A DNA stretch of 64,000 nt, from positions 32,686,464 through 32,750,463 of the forward strand of contig NC_043011.1 of the NCBI RefSeq assembly GCF_006345805.1, given 5' to 3'. Below the pieces are notes generated by a model that was not told where the DNA came from, did no database searches, and was given only the letters and a program-made list of their open reading frames with translations. Position 1 is the stretch's first letter. Every line of letters starts with the position of its first letter. Shown here piece by piece: positions 26,132 to 39,028 of this stretch. The DNA is from Octopus sinensis. Its lineage: Eukaryota. Position numbers and translations under genes: made by a program.

Positions 26132-26378
26132 AATAAGTACTGGGCTTACAAAGAATAAGTCCCGGGGTCGATTTGCTCGACTAAAGGTGGTGCTCCAGCA
26201 TGGCCGCAGTCAAATGACTGAAACAAGTAAAAGAGTAAAAGAGTAAAGAGAATATATTCTCTTTACTCTTTTACTCTTTTACTTGTTTCAGTCATTTGAC
26301 TGCGGCCATGCTGGAGCACCACCTTTAGTCGAGCAAATCGACCCCGGGACTTATTCTTTGTAAGCCCAGTACTTATTC
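26131..26378. repeat. Perfect spacerless 248 bp palindrome made of two S1 3' ends
   Basis: Centre gagaata|tattctc (26254/26255); 124-bp arms identical by my base-by-base reading. Confidence 0.9.
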
Positions 26379-26645
26379 TAGCGGTCTCTTTTGCTAAGTG
26401 ACGGGGACGTAAACACACCGGCATCGGTTGTCAAGCAATGCTAGAGGGACAAACACAGACACACAAACATATACATACACGTACATATATACATATATAC
26501 GACAGGCTTCTTTCAGTTTCCGTCTACCAAATCCACTCACAATGCATTGGTCGGCCCGGGGCTATAGCAGAAGACACTTGCCCAAGATGCCACTCAGTGG
26601 GACTGATCCCGGAACCATGTGGTTGGTTAGCAAGCTACTTACCAC
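26255..26645 (-). mobile_element. S1 SINE
   Basis: Reverse-complement near-full copy. Confidence 0.85.
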
Positions 26646-26813
26646 GTACTGTCCCATGATGGTAAAATGAAAAAAAAAGCACTCTATCTGGTGAGAGATA
26701 AATACTATTTAATAGACAGAATACATGTTTATATGTATTACAAATAGTTTCATACATTGAGAAATACCTCAAGCATAGTCCTCAGGCACAAACCATATAT
26801 CATAACAAACAAT

Positions 26814-26892
<79 letters not shown>

Positions 26893-27393
26893 GTATGTAT
26901 ACTGTGAACTCGCCTGGCACAAACTTCAGATGATGGCTTCACGGTTTCATGCTGAACAACCTACACAGATAATTTGTTTATAGTGATCAAATGTATGTGC
27001 TGTCCATTAGACATTCTCTCCATCAAAGCAACATTGCTTTTACAGGTGCATGGTGTGCCACATGTCACATGTTGAAGAGATTACAGAGCAACGTGAAATG
27101 AAGTGTTTTGCTCAAGAACATACTACATTGCATGGTCCAGGAATCGTAATAATGATCTTATGACCATCAGGTCAACCTCTAACCACTACATTCTGAGTTC
27201 AAATTCCTCAAGGGTGACTTTGCCTTTCATCCTTTCAGGGTTCATTGATTAAATACCAGTTGAGTACTGGGGGTTGATGCAATTAACTTACCCACTTCCC
27301 CGAAATTGCTGGCCTTGTGATTTGGAAATCATCATCATCATCATCATCATCATTATTATATGTATATATATATATATGTATATATATACACAC

Positions 27394-27444
<51 letters not shown>

Positions 27445-27946
27445 ATTGTTAAAGAGGACAACAAACATTAAGGCAAAGCAAACATCTCAAGTCATATACA
27501 TTATTATTATTGGAAAAAAATTTTTCCAATAATGTTACCTTAACATTTGTTGTCCTGTTTAACAATTATATATCTGCTATATTGGAAACCAGCAATGGCT
27601 CCATAACCTACCATCTTGGCTACAACTTTGGAGCCTTAGTAATCCATTATGGCACTCACCTAGCATACCTATTCATTTAGATCACTTGTGAACTAAACCC
27701 CCATACTTTGTATGTGTGTATATATATATATAGAGAGAGAGAAAGTTTACGAAAAAAAACAAAAGACGAAGACAGGTGGTGTACAAAACAAACAGATGTA
27801 TTAGTATAGCGCTCAGGAATAGAAAAAGTCTTTTACGTTTGGAGCCTACGCTCTTCTACAGAAAGCTACATAGAAAAAACAAGGAGAGAAAACAAAAAAA
27901 AAAAGATGTGTGTAGTGGCTAATGATCTATCATGGCGTCTGATATA

Positions 27947-27993
<47 letters not shown>

Positions 27994-28104
27994 TCATCAT
28001 CATCATCGTTTAACGTCCGTTCTCCATGCTAGCATGGGTTGGACGGTTCGACCGGGGATCTGGGAAGCCAGAAGGCTGCACCAGGCTCCGGTCTTATCTC
28101 CAGT

Positions 28105-28147
<43 letters not shown>

Positions 28148-28488
28148 AGTGTCTTATATATATATATATATAGTGGCTTAGTGGTTAGGGTGTCAGCACT
28201 ATGATCGTAAGATTGTGGTTTTGATTCCTGGACTGGACAACGTGTTGTGTTCTTGACCAAAACACTTCATTTCATGTTGCTCCAGTCCACTCAGCTGGCA
28301 AAAATGAGTAATGCTGCAATGGACTGGCACCCCATCCAGCTGGGGAACGCATACACCATAGAAACCTGGAAACCGGGCCCATGAGCCCGAGTAGGCTTTA
28401 AAAGGGCACATTTATATTTTTATATATATATATATGTGTGTGTGTGAATATACATATGGATATTTGCATAATAATGATAATGATGATG

Positions 28489-28537
<49 letters not shown>

Positions 28538-28679
28538 ATAAAAATTTATCTTACTCCACTTTTAGAAGAGGTTTCTCCTCTATTAACACCTACAATTCAT
28601 TTCCTACATACACTTATGGTTTTATCATTGGTAATGCTTTTCTGTGTATACACATAAATCTAAGCTCTTTTATTCTTTT

Positions 28680-28859
28680 ATTTCATTCAGTCAGTTGACT
28701 GTGGCCATGCTGGAGCACCGCCTTTAGTCAAACAAATTGACCCCAGGCCTTATTTTTTGTAAGCCTAGTACTTATCGTATCAGTTGTCTTTTGCTAAGTT
28801 ACGGGGACGTAAAAAACACCAACATTAGTTGTCAAGCGATGGTGGGGGTACAAACACAG

Positions 28860-28920
<61 letters not shown>

Positions 28921-29330
28921 CGATGGGCTTCTTTCAGTTTCCGTCTATGAAATCCACTCACAAGGCTTTGGTCGGCCTGAGACTATAGTAGAATACACTT
29001 CCCCAAGGTACCATGCAGTGGTACTGAACCTAAGGCGGTGAGCTGGCAGAAACGTTAGCGTGCCGGGCGAAATGCTGAGCGGTATTTCATCTGCCGCTAC
29101 ATTCTGAGTTCAAATTCCGCCGAGGTCGACTTTGCCTTTCATCCTTTCGGGGTCGATTAAATAAGTACCAGTTATGCACTGGTGTCGATGTAATCGAGTT
29201 AATCCGTTTGTCTGTCCTTGTTTGTCCCCTCTGTGTTTAGCCCCTTGTGTGTAGTAAAGAAATAGGTACTGAACCTGGAACTGCGTGGTTAGTAAAGCAA
29301 GCCACTTACCACGCAGCCACTCCTGCATTT
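28680..29330 (-). mobile_element. S1 SINE interrupted by an S3 SINE (29032-29264, +) with 12-bp TSD
   Basis: ggtactgaacct duplicated at 29020-29031 and 29265-29276. Confidence 0.85.
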
Positions 29331-29552
29331 TCCTAAATAAAATTGCACCTCATTTTTGAAACTCTGATTAAGCTATGAGGTGTTACACACGCATTCAGCT
29401 GTGAGTGTATTGCATGCCATAAGAGAAGTGGTTGTAAGCTAATGACCTTCCTGACATAATTCCCTTATCATTTTACTTTCTTTACATGTGTATATGTGTG
29501 TGTGTGTATGTGTATATATATATATGTGTATATATATATGTGTGTGTATATT

Positions 29553-29586
<34 letters not shown>

Positions 29587-29602
29587 CATATATATATAAA
29601 TG

Positions 29603-29634
<32 letters not shown>

Positions 29635-29876
29635 CATAATATACATATATTTAAGTATATATCAATATGTGAATACATGTATATATACATGCTTGTATAT
29701 ATATATATGTATGTATGCATAATATGCATATATATATGTATATATGTGAATATATATGCATATATATGTGTGTGTGTGTGTATATATATGTATATATATA
29801 TAGATACACATGTATACATACATATACCTTATATACATAAATATATATATACATATATATACATATATATATATGT

Positions 29877-29908
<32 letters not shown>

Positions 29909-30822
29909 CATACATAAGTATGATTTTAGATATGAATAATTTAAACTGTATGCCCATCCTAAAATTATCTAAAATATAAAAAAATATATGATTATCAGAA
30001 ACTAAATTTAAAATATTTTCAGTTTGATACATTTTTCGTGAGTAATATTTTTCTTAATTGTTTGCTATGCAAATTTTGTCATCATCATCATCATTGCCAT
30101 TGTTTGCGAAATTTTCACTTTTGCATAACAAAGAACAAAGTGTTTTAATAACTTCAAGAAAATGTATGACAAAAAAAAAATGAAAGAAAAAGAACAAAAA
30201 AAGAAAGATTTATATGTTTTTTCAAAAATATACCAAAGCATATTGATCATAGTGTTTAAAATAAAGATTGCATTATGAAAATAATATTGTTTTTAAGGTA
30301 AAATAGAGAGAAAAAATACCCGAAATATTATTTTATATGAAGTAAATAATTTCATATTTGCATTTAATCATCGTAAATATTCTTTTGAAAACCTAAATAT
30401 TCTAAAACCTTTATTTTCATTGACCTTCAGAATGCTTTAAAATGAATTAGAATACAACTAGCAACGTACACAATAGAACATAGCTACTGTGTGATTTCCA
30501 TCAGTATTTTAGCACTGTTTAAATTAAATATTCTCATTATATAATAATTCAGATATTGAATAGATCAATAAGCTAAGCCAGTTAGCCATTAATGTCATTG
30601 CTGATGATGGTCTTAAGGATCAATGTGATATTATCCAGGTGTTCTCTTTCTTTCTTCCTTTCTTTCTTTCTTGCTTGCTTCCCTTTTTTTTTTTTCTTTC
30701 TAGGTAATAGATGCTAGATTAAATATACCAGATATAAAGCAGTTTATTCTCACTCGATATTGGTTTTGCAATTATTATTATTATTATTATCATTATTATT
30801 ATTATTATTATTATCTATATTA

Positions 30823-30854
<32 letters not shown>

Positions 30855-31505
30855 TTCTTTTTTTTTCCTAAGAGACAACCAAGGAGAAAGAATATTGGTC
30901 TTAGAAGAATTTATGTGTACCAGAGTTAATTATTCTTCCTAATTCATATATATATATATATACATGTGATCCTTGTGCATGCGAGTGTGTGTGTGTGTGT
31001 GTGTGTGAGTGTAACAATGAGAGAGACAGAGATGTATAAAGATATACATACACATATATATTATCATTTATGTATTTGTTTTGCAAAATTCTTATACATA
31101 CATGCATACATATATACATGCATTCATATATATTTGATCCCCTTTCTTTTAATATCTATATACTCTGTATTAATCTAAGGAGGCAAAAATGAGAATAAAA
31201 GTAGTGTTCATAATGGGAGATGAAAATGGATTGGCGTTCAGTTTGAACTTCATAGAGGTTGTTCATGTCAGGAAAAAAATACAGGCAGGGAGTGTCTTGT
31301 GGGTATCTAATTCCAAGAAGGAAAGATTGGAGGAAATATTTAATAAAACACAAGCGAGACATTGAAAATAAGCAATGTCGTTCCATTCAGTTGGTTTATG
31401 TAAAGCAGTAGCTCTCAGTCAAGATCCATATGACCTCTGGAGGTCCATGTAAGACTTTAAGGGATCCTTACAAACAAAACAGTAAATTGAGGGTCCAAAG
31501 TAGTA

Positions 31506-32017
31506 CTGTAAATCCTCGAGTATAGTCCACCCTTGAGTATAATATGCAGGGGAATTTTAGGGTGCTGTACCTCTGAAAAACCTAAACCTTGTGTATAATA
31601 CGCACCCTTTCTCTAACTTGAGTCAAGGAGGTCTATATAATGTCCTTGGTTTGTAAAAATGTATACGGTAACGTCCTTTATTACTATTGTGTATATAACA
31701 TAATGCAAACGTGTAGCATTTTTGTGCATTTTGTTTGCAGAAAATAAAGAAATAACAGTAATAACGTTTAATAAATGTTGCTTACTGCAAGTTATGGATG
31801 ATTCTTTTATGACTTCATTGCTTTCAGACTTAGCTTAAGGTATTTTCGTGCCCGACATCACAAAATGCGCCTGAATAAACATTGCCGGACAGCAAATAGA
31901 GACTTGAACAGTGCTTGGAAAATAATTTTCATTTTTAACCTCGTGTATAATACGCATTAGGGATTTTGACCTGTAAATTGTGGGAAAAAACTGCGGATTA
32001 TACTCGAGGATTTACGG
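31506..32017. mobile_element. Tc1/mariner (pogo/Tigger-like) MITE
   Basis: TA|ctgtaaatcctcgagtata ... tatactcgaggatttacgg|TA. Confidence 0.8.
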
Positions 32018-32252
32018 TATTTTAAAGGGCTGTAAAATTTTTTTCTTAGACTGCATTTATTGTAAGGAACAGGTCAGTTTCTTTCTCTGATATTTTCATA
32101 ATTCAATCTACAGAAGTTAATGTATGAAAAACAAAACTGGAATTTCAAAAGAAGTATCTGTAAAGCTAGTTTTTAAACATGGAATAAAATAGTAATCAAA
32201 GGGGGTATGTGTGAGCAAAATAGTAAATTGGGAATCTACTATGGTATTTTAA

Positions 32253-32473
32253 CCCTTTCGTTACTGTATTCATTTTGAGATGCTCTGTGTTTCTCTCAAT
32301 TATTTTAAATATAACAAAGAATTTAGTAAAATAACTTAGTTATCATTGAGCTAGTGTTAGGAACATTAATTCTGACTAATGTTTGGTGAAAGATTTTAAT
32401 TCAAAATTAATGAAAACAAGACATTTGTACTACAGAGCCAGAGGCGGTTTCAGCGGAGTTAGTATCGAAAGGG
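32253..32473. mobile_element. piggyBac-like MITE family A
   Basis: TTAA|ccctttcgttac ... gtatcgaaaggg|TTAA; body homologous to 22287-22507 in opposite orientation. Confidence 0.85.
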
Positions 32474-33178
32474 TTAAGGGTCCATGAAAGAATGTTACTT
32501 TGAATGTATTTTTTTGCAAGGAACAGCTAGGTTTCTTTTTCTAATGTTTTACACAGTTCAACCTACGCAAGTGAATGTGTGGATAACGATATAGGAATTT
32601 TGAAAGAAGTATTTATAAAGCTGGTATTTTAAACATTGAATGACTAGCGGGGTTAGAATTGAGGTCTACCAAAATAATAGAGTAGTAAGCAAAAGGGTCC
32701 ACACGCAAAAAATGGTTGAGAAACACCGATGTAGAGGGCAGCACAGAGTTAGAAACTTAAGAAAAGCAGAGACCACTGTAGTAATGGTAGAATAGAAATT
32801 GGTGGGTTGTGTATCACTGCACCACTGGCTGTAAACTATTGCTCGGAGAAGAATATGTTAGGTATTTCTTATCCTAGGTCGGTTCTGATCAAACAGACTC
32901 TTACTGCTCGAAGGTGTTCTATTCATGGCTGTTCCTTCCTTTTTCTTTTCATGTATAGTGTAGTTAGGAAATTAGAACTACATTATTCTTTCCCGTCCCC
33001 TGCCTCTTTTTTTTTTTTACAAAGTAACAGAGTGTGATTTGAGGGATATTTGGCTGCTGTTTCTAGCAGATCGAGCAACCATGCAGTGTCTTTCTTGTTG
33101 GCTCAAATGGCTGTAATCAGCTCCCTGTTGGCTCAAGTGAATGTCTACAACCCTATTGTGGACTTCAGTTACTAATAG

Positions 33179-33222
<44 letters not shown>

Positions 33223-33839
33223 TCTCTCTTGTTGACTCATTGAATGAAGCTTGTTTGTTTTGGAAAATCAGATAATCTGGATTCAGCCCAGACCATTGGA
33301 AAAAATGTTTTGCGGTATACCTTCCAGTCTTTTACATTATGAGTTCAAATCCTACTGAGATCAACTTTGCTTTTGTCCCTCTCGGGATCCCTTAGTTGCC
33401 AGCTCATTGAATAATCGTTGTCTCTCCCAGGGATTACATTATCTGAATGCAGTCCAGACCATCAGAAAAAAATTGCATTGTGATATTTCTTTCAAGCCCT
33501 TTATGTTCTGAGTTCAAATCCCGCTGAGGTGGATTTTTGCCTTTCATCCTTCTTGGAGCAGGGAGTGAGGTCTGTAAAAATAAAGGACTCGTAAAATACT
33601 GAAATTGCTATCTACTCACCCAACTCGTTTCAAAATCCCTGGCCTTGCACCTAAATCAAAAACCATTATTCATATAAAAAAAAGTGCAACTCACAGAATA
33701 ACAATGAGGCTAACATGATTAGAAAAGGTTTATTTAAGCATAAAAAACAAAGATGGTTTATTTCATAAGGACATCAAAGAGGGACCGAGAGAGAGAGAGA
33801 AGGGAAGAAAAGAAGAAGTTGAGATATTCGGTCAGTTAT

Positions 33840-34032
33840 TTTTGTATTTGTTTCACCCATTTGATTGCGACCATGCTGGAGCACAGCATTCGGTCAAACA
33901 AATCAACTCCAGGACTTGTTCTTTGTAAGCCTAGGTACTTATTTTATTGGTCTCTTTTGCCGAAATGCTAAGTTACTGGGACGTAAACACACCAACATCA
34001 GTTGTCAAGCGACGGTGGGAGGACAGAAACAG

Positions 34033-34070
<38 letters not shown>

Positions 34071-34270
34071 GTGTATGTGTGTATATATGTATATATATAT
34101 ATATTTGTGTATGTATATATATATGATGGGCTTATTTCAGTCTCCGTCTACCAAACCCACTTACAAGGCTATAGTAGAAGACACTTACTCAAGGTGCCAC
34201 ACAGTGGGAATGAACCCGGAACCATGTGGTTGGGAAGCAAGCTTCTTACCACACACCCACTCCTACACCT
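33840..34270 (-). mobile_element. S1 SINE
   Basis: Reverse-complement full copy. Confidence 0.8.
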
Positions 34271-34449
34271 ATAAAGCCATTCCTGCTCCTAAAAAGTCAC
34301 TCCTTCACCTATAAAGCCATTCCTATGCCTATAAACCCACTCTTGTGCCTCAACATTTTTTTGAAAATAATTACAATTAGTAATCAAAAATGTTTTTGTT
34401 AGTGCACTTTATATATATATATATCAGGACTATATTTCTTGCACCATAG

Positions 34450-34990
34450 TACTGATGAAAATGATGACAATTATGATCATGATGACAGTGGTGATGATGA
34501 CAATGATAACAATAATGATGATGAAGGTGAAGGTGATGATGATGATGATGCGGAGGACAATTATGATGATGATGATGATGATGATGATGACAATGATGTT
34601 AATGAGGAAAGTGATGATGAGGATAATGGTTATGGTGATAATGATGAGGGCAATGGTAATGATGACGAGTAGAGATGATGATGATGAGGGTGATGGTAAT
34701 GATGAAGGTGACAGTGATGATGATGATGATGAGGAAGGGGATTATGATAATAATGATGAGAGTAATGGTCACGATGAGGAAAGTGATGATGATAATGACA
34801 GCGATAGTAATGAGGGGAATGATGATGATGATGAAGAGAGTGATGAGGATGATAACGACAATGATGATAATTGGGATGATAGTGATGAGGGTAATAGTGA
34901 TGCTGCAATTGCTGCTGATGACGATGATAATGATGGTGGTGGTGATGGTGATGACAGGTATGGGGGAGTGAGGAATGATAATTTTGGTAA
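34450..34990. repeat. Degenerate (GAT)n tract
   Basis: Poly-Asp/Met/His translations in different frames; no splice or unique coding context. Confidence 0.85.
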
Positions 34991-35713
34991 TTACTTGTAA
35001 TTAAGCGTGGCATTAAAATGTTCACAGAAGAGGGATACTCTTCACTAATGACCAGTCATTTTATTAGCTTTGAACAGATGAAAGGTAATGGCTGACCTTG
35101 GTGTGAATGATAAGAACCAACAGACAGGGCTGCAAGTATTGCTGTGGGGTTTAAGATTTTACTTCTCAACTACTTGGTTTTAAGTTCAATCCCATTGCAT
35201 GCCACCCTGGGTAAGTGTCTTCTACTTCATCTCTGAGCTGGACTATAAAAAAATTTTTTTTTAATGCAAAGTATTGCAGGCGTGGTTGTGTGGTAAGAAG
35301 CTTGCTTCCCAACCACCTGGTTCTGGGTTCAGTCCCACTGTGTAGCACCTTCGGCAAGTGTATTCTACTATAGCCTCAGGACAACCAAGATCTTGTGAGT
35401 GAATTTGGTAGACAGACACTGAAAGAAGTCCGTCGTATATCATCATCATTATCGTTTAACATCCGCTTTCCATGCTAGCATGGGTTGGACGATTTGACTG
35501 AGGACTGGTGAACCAGATGGCTGCACCATGCTCCATTCAGAGTTTCTACAGCTGGATGCCCTTCCTAATGCCAACCACTCCAAGAGTGTAGTGGGTGCTT
35601 TTACGTGCCACCGGCATGAGGGCCAGTCAGGCGGTACTGGCGACAGCCACGCTCAAGTGGTGTTTTTTACATGCCACCAGCACAGGAACCAGTCCAGCAG
35701 CACTGGCAACGAC

Positions 35714-35763
<50 letters not shown>

Positions 35764-36499
35764 AGAAGGAAAATAAAAAGAGGCTTGGTTTGTTTTATTT
35801 GTATTACAATTCGAAAACTAATGCAAATTAAAAGATGAAAAATATACCTATAAGAATATAAAAGGAACCACCTCAACCAACAAAATAACCGAAAAATATC
35901 CTCCCCCCCAAAAAAAGATATTCTACATACATATATATTTTTCGATATAACAATATTTAAGAACCACCAATAATTATAACTTTAAAAGATGCAATAATCT
36001 GTATATTGTTAGATCTCGTCAGGAAAAATAAGTGTGTTTTAGTCTTGAGTTACGAAATAATTTATTTGATTTATTTGAGGACAATGTTTAGATATATTAT
36101 CAAATGTAAACAAACTTACTTTAAAAGACACATAGTTCATGTGCTTAGAAATTTATTTTTAAAATTTGGCTAATATTGACTGTTAAAATGCTACCTAAAC
36201 ATCAAATCCATTTGAAAAGAAATCAACACTTACCTATCACATACATACATATATATATATATTTAAGTGTGTGTGTGTCTTTGTTTGTCCCCCCATCATC
36301 ACTTGACAACCAATGTTGGTGTGTTTATCTCCCCATAACTTTAACAGTTCAGCAAAAAAGACCGATAGAATAAATACCTGGCTTACTAAGGACAAGTCCT
36401 GGGGTCAATTTCTTTGGCTAAAACCCCTTAAGGCGATGCTCCAGCATGGCCACAGTCAAATGACTGAAACGTGTAAAAGAATATGCAGAAAGAAATATT

Positions 36500-36701
36500 A
36501 TGGAATGCCATCGAGGGTTTGCTTCTCTTCTTGGGCGGTGGAATTAATCCATCACAAGCTTTAATACTGTCATCTGGGTCTTGAATAAGTCCACTCTTTG
36601 GCAAGCGTTCTAGGTAGATCTTCCGCCTCCACATAACTTCCTTCCTTCTTTCCTCTCTACCAGTCTCAAAGGCCTTGAGAAACATTATGAGTTGGCTGAC
36701 A
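36500..36701 (-). CDS. Candidate coding exon of an unidentified gene
   Basis: Acceptor ttttttcttttctgtttag| at 36702; non-repetitive open frame VSQLIMFLKAFETGREERRKEVMWRRKIYLERLPKSGLIQDPDDSIKACDGLIPPPKKRSKPSM. No convincing donor; the frame runs into an S1 tail. Confidence 0.3.
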
Positions 36702-37041
36702 CTAAACAGAAAAGAAAAAAATATATATCAATAAAGCATTCCTGACCGTCTTCCCTAAAATTTCCTTTCTGAGGTAAATGACATTGTTGTCACAGAGGTG
36801 GTTAGAATAAAGATGATAAACACAAATACAGTCATGTTATTGGTATATTTTATATTTTATTTATGTATTTTTATGCCTTTGGGGGAGATCAAAGACCAAA
36901 TTGTTCTTGCTGTGATTTACTCTCAGAAATAAGTGGTGTCAAAATCATATCGAATACAAAGTCAGTTCCTCCCTCTCAGCTTTAAATAATATCATAATTA
37001 GACATAAAGCCATAGGCAAAACAGTTAGATATATTTCCCTA

Positions 37042-37072
<31 letters not shown>

Positions 37073-37293
37073 TATTATTAAGGTGGTGAGCTAGCAGAAT
37101 TGTAAGCACACTGGTTGAAATGCTTAGCAACATTTTGTCCATCTTTACATTCTGAGTTCAAATTCAGCCGGGGTTGACGTTGCCTTTCATCCTTTCAAGG
37201 TCAATAAATTAAGTACCAGTGAATCACTGGGGGCAAGGTATTCAACTAGTCCCTTCCCTCAAAATTTCAGGCCTTTTGCCTTTAGTAGAAAGG

Positions 37294-37334
<41 letters not shown>

Positions 37335-37335
<1 letters not shown>

Positions 37336-37889
37336 GAGTGAGAGAGCAGTGCATGCCATCAAAGTGACACTGGGGTAAAATATACGAAGCCCAATATACC
37401 CATCATGACTACCCGTCTGATAAGGGTACATAAGGCACATGCATCACAACCATATGTGCGCGACATGGTGATCTCATATCAAGATAAACAGCACATGACC
37501 TTGCAGGTGGGGCCCAGTTAGAATTTTCTTCAGGTTGAGTAGCCCATCCCGCTCAAAAGGTCCCTGAATAAGGGTTGTGTAAGGATGTTGAAAGAACCAC
37601 CCATGTTTCCAGAGGTGAATTATTCAAACCCCAAAGAATCCCTCTCAACACATGGCTATGATGCTCCCCCACTACTTCTGCTCGTGATCAGATATGCACA
37701 TATCGTCAGCCACTAAGGGACATGCTCAACTGGTTAAGGTCAAACAACTGACAAGCAAATCTGTGGTATTGAGCAGAATATTTGCTGTAGCCCATCTTTT
37801 ATACCAAGACAAAACAATGTACATGATAACACTTTCAATCAGTTAAGATCAGAAGCCATGAGAGCCACTGCCTGGTACTGCATCAGGGC

Positions 37890-37893
<4 letters not shown>
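37335..37893 (-). mobile_element. Second copy of the ~557 bp (AAT)n-embedded element
   Basis: Reverse complement of 2880-3436; (ATT)n on both sides. Confidence 0.85.
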
Positions 37894-37935
<42 letters not shown>

Positions 37936-38825
37936 GTTTTTGTTAAGGCAGTGAGCTGGCAGAATCATTAATATGTTGGGTGAAATGCTTAGAAACATTT
38001 TGTCTGTCTATTTGTTCTGAGTTCAAATTCAGCCGAGGTCGACTTTGCCTTTTATCCTTTGGGGAAGGGGGTCGATAAAATAAGTACCAGTTGAGTAGTG
38101 GGGTCAGTGTAATTGACTATCCCCCTCCCCCAAATTTCATGCCTTGTACCTATAATGGAAAGGGTTATTATTATAATTATTATTATTAGTGGGGGACACA
38201 TGGCCTAGTGGTTAGGGTGTTGCACTCCCGATCGCAAGATTGTGGTTTCAATTCCTAGACTGGGTGGTGCATTGTATTCTTGAACAAAACACATCATCTC
38301 ACATTGTTCAGGCAACCACTTTGACACCTGATGTGTGGTACATTGTGCACCTGCTCAGGCAACGTTGATTTGATGGACAGAGTGAGGTAATGTACAGCAC
38401 ATATATTTGATCATTATAAACAAATCATTTATGCAGGTCATTTAGCAAAAGCTGAACACTCATCTGTTGTCCTTGATGGGAGAGTCCATCATTATTATTG
38501 CTGAGACACGGACCATGGGATTGCACCTAGAAAGTTACCCTCCCAGGTACAAGTCCGGTCAAGGTTGTTTATAGAAGACCAGCAGTCGCCCATGCATACC
38601 AGCCTCCCCTCTCCACACCACCAGTGTTATCCAAGAGAAAGGCAAAGACCGATACAGCTTGGCACCTGTGACGTCGCAACTCATTTCTACAGCTGAGTGA
38701 ACTGGAGCAATGTGAAATAAAGTGTCTTGCTCAAGAACACAACACGCAGCCTGGTCCGGGATTCGAACTCACAACCTCACAATCGTAAGCTCGACCCTCT
38801 AACCACTGAGCCATGCGCCTTCACC

Positions 38826-38839
38826 ATTATTATTATTAA

Positions 38840-38887
<48 letters not shown>

Positions 38888-38946
38888 GATTATTATCATT
38901 ATTATTATTATCATCATCATTATTATCATCATCATCATCATCATCA

Positions 38947-38980
<34 letters not shown>

Positions 38981-38990
38981 CAGCATCATG

Positions 38991-39028
<38 letters not shown>
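38826..39028. repeat. (ATT)n/(ATC)n microsatellite
   Basis: Direct reading. Confidence 0.9.

Larger units (their letters stand above)
31406..32728. mobile_element. hAT-like MITE hosting two nested MITEs
   Basis: Ends cagtagctctca / tgagaaacaccg; 8-bp TSD atgtaaag vs atgtagag (7/8). Confidence 0.7.

Noticed and set aside
26131-26378. CRISPR-like or regularly spaced repeat arrays
   Set aside because: No repeat-spacer periodicity anywhere; repeats are dispersed TEs, palindromes or microsatellites in eukaryotic DNA.
34439-35025. Poly-Asp / poly-Met / poly-His ORFs resembling an acidic biomineral protein
   Set aside because: Degenerate (GAT)n tract with an in-frame stop in the Asp frame, no signal peptide or exon boundaries; a similar tract occurs at 47386-47622.
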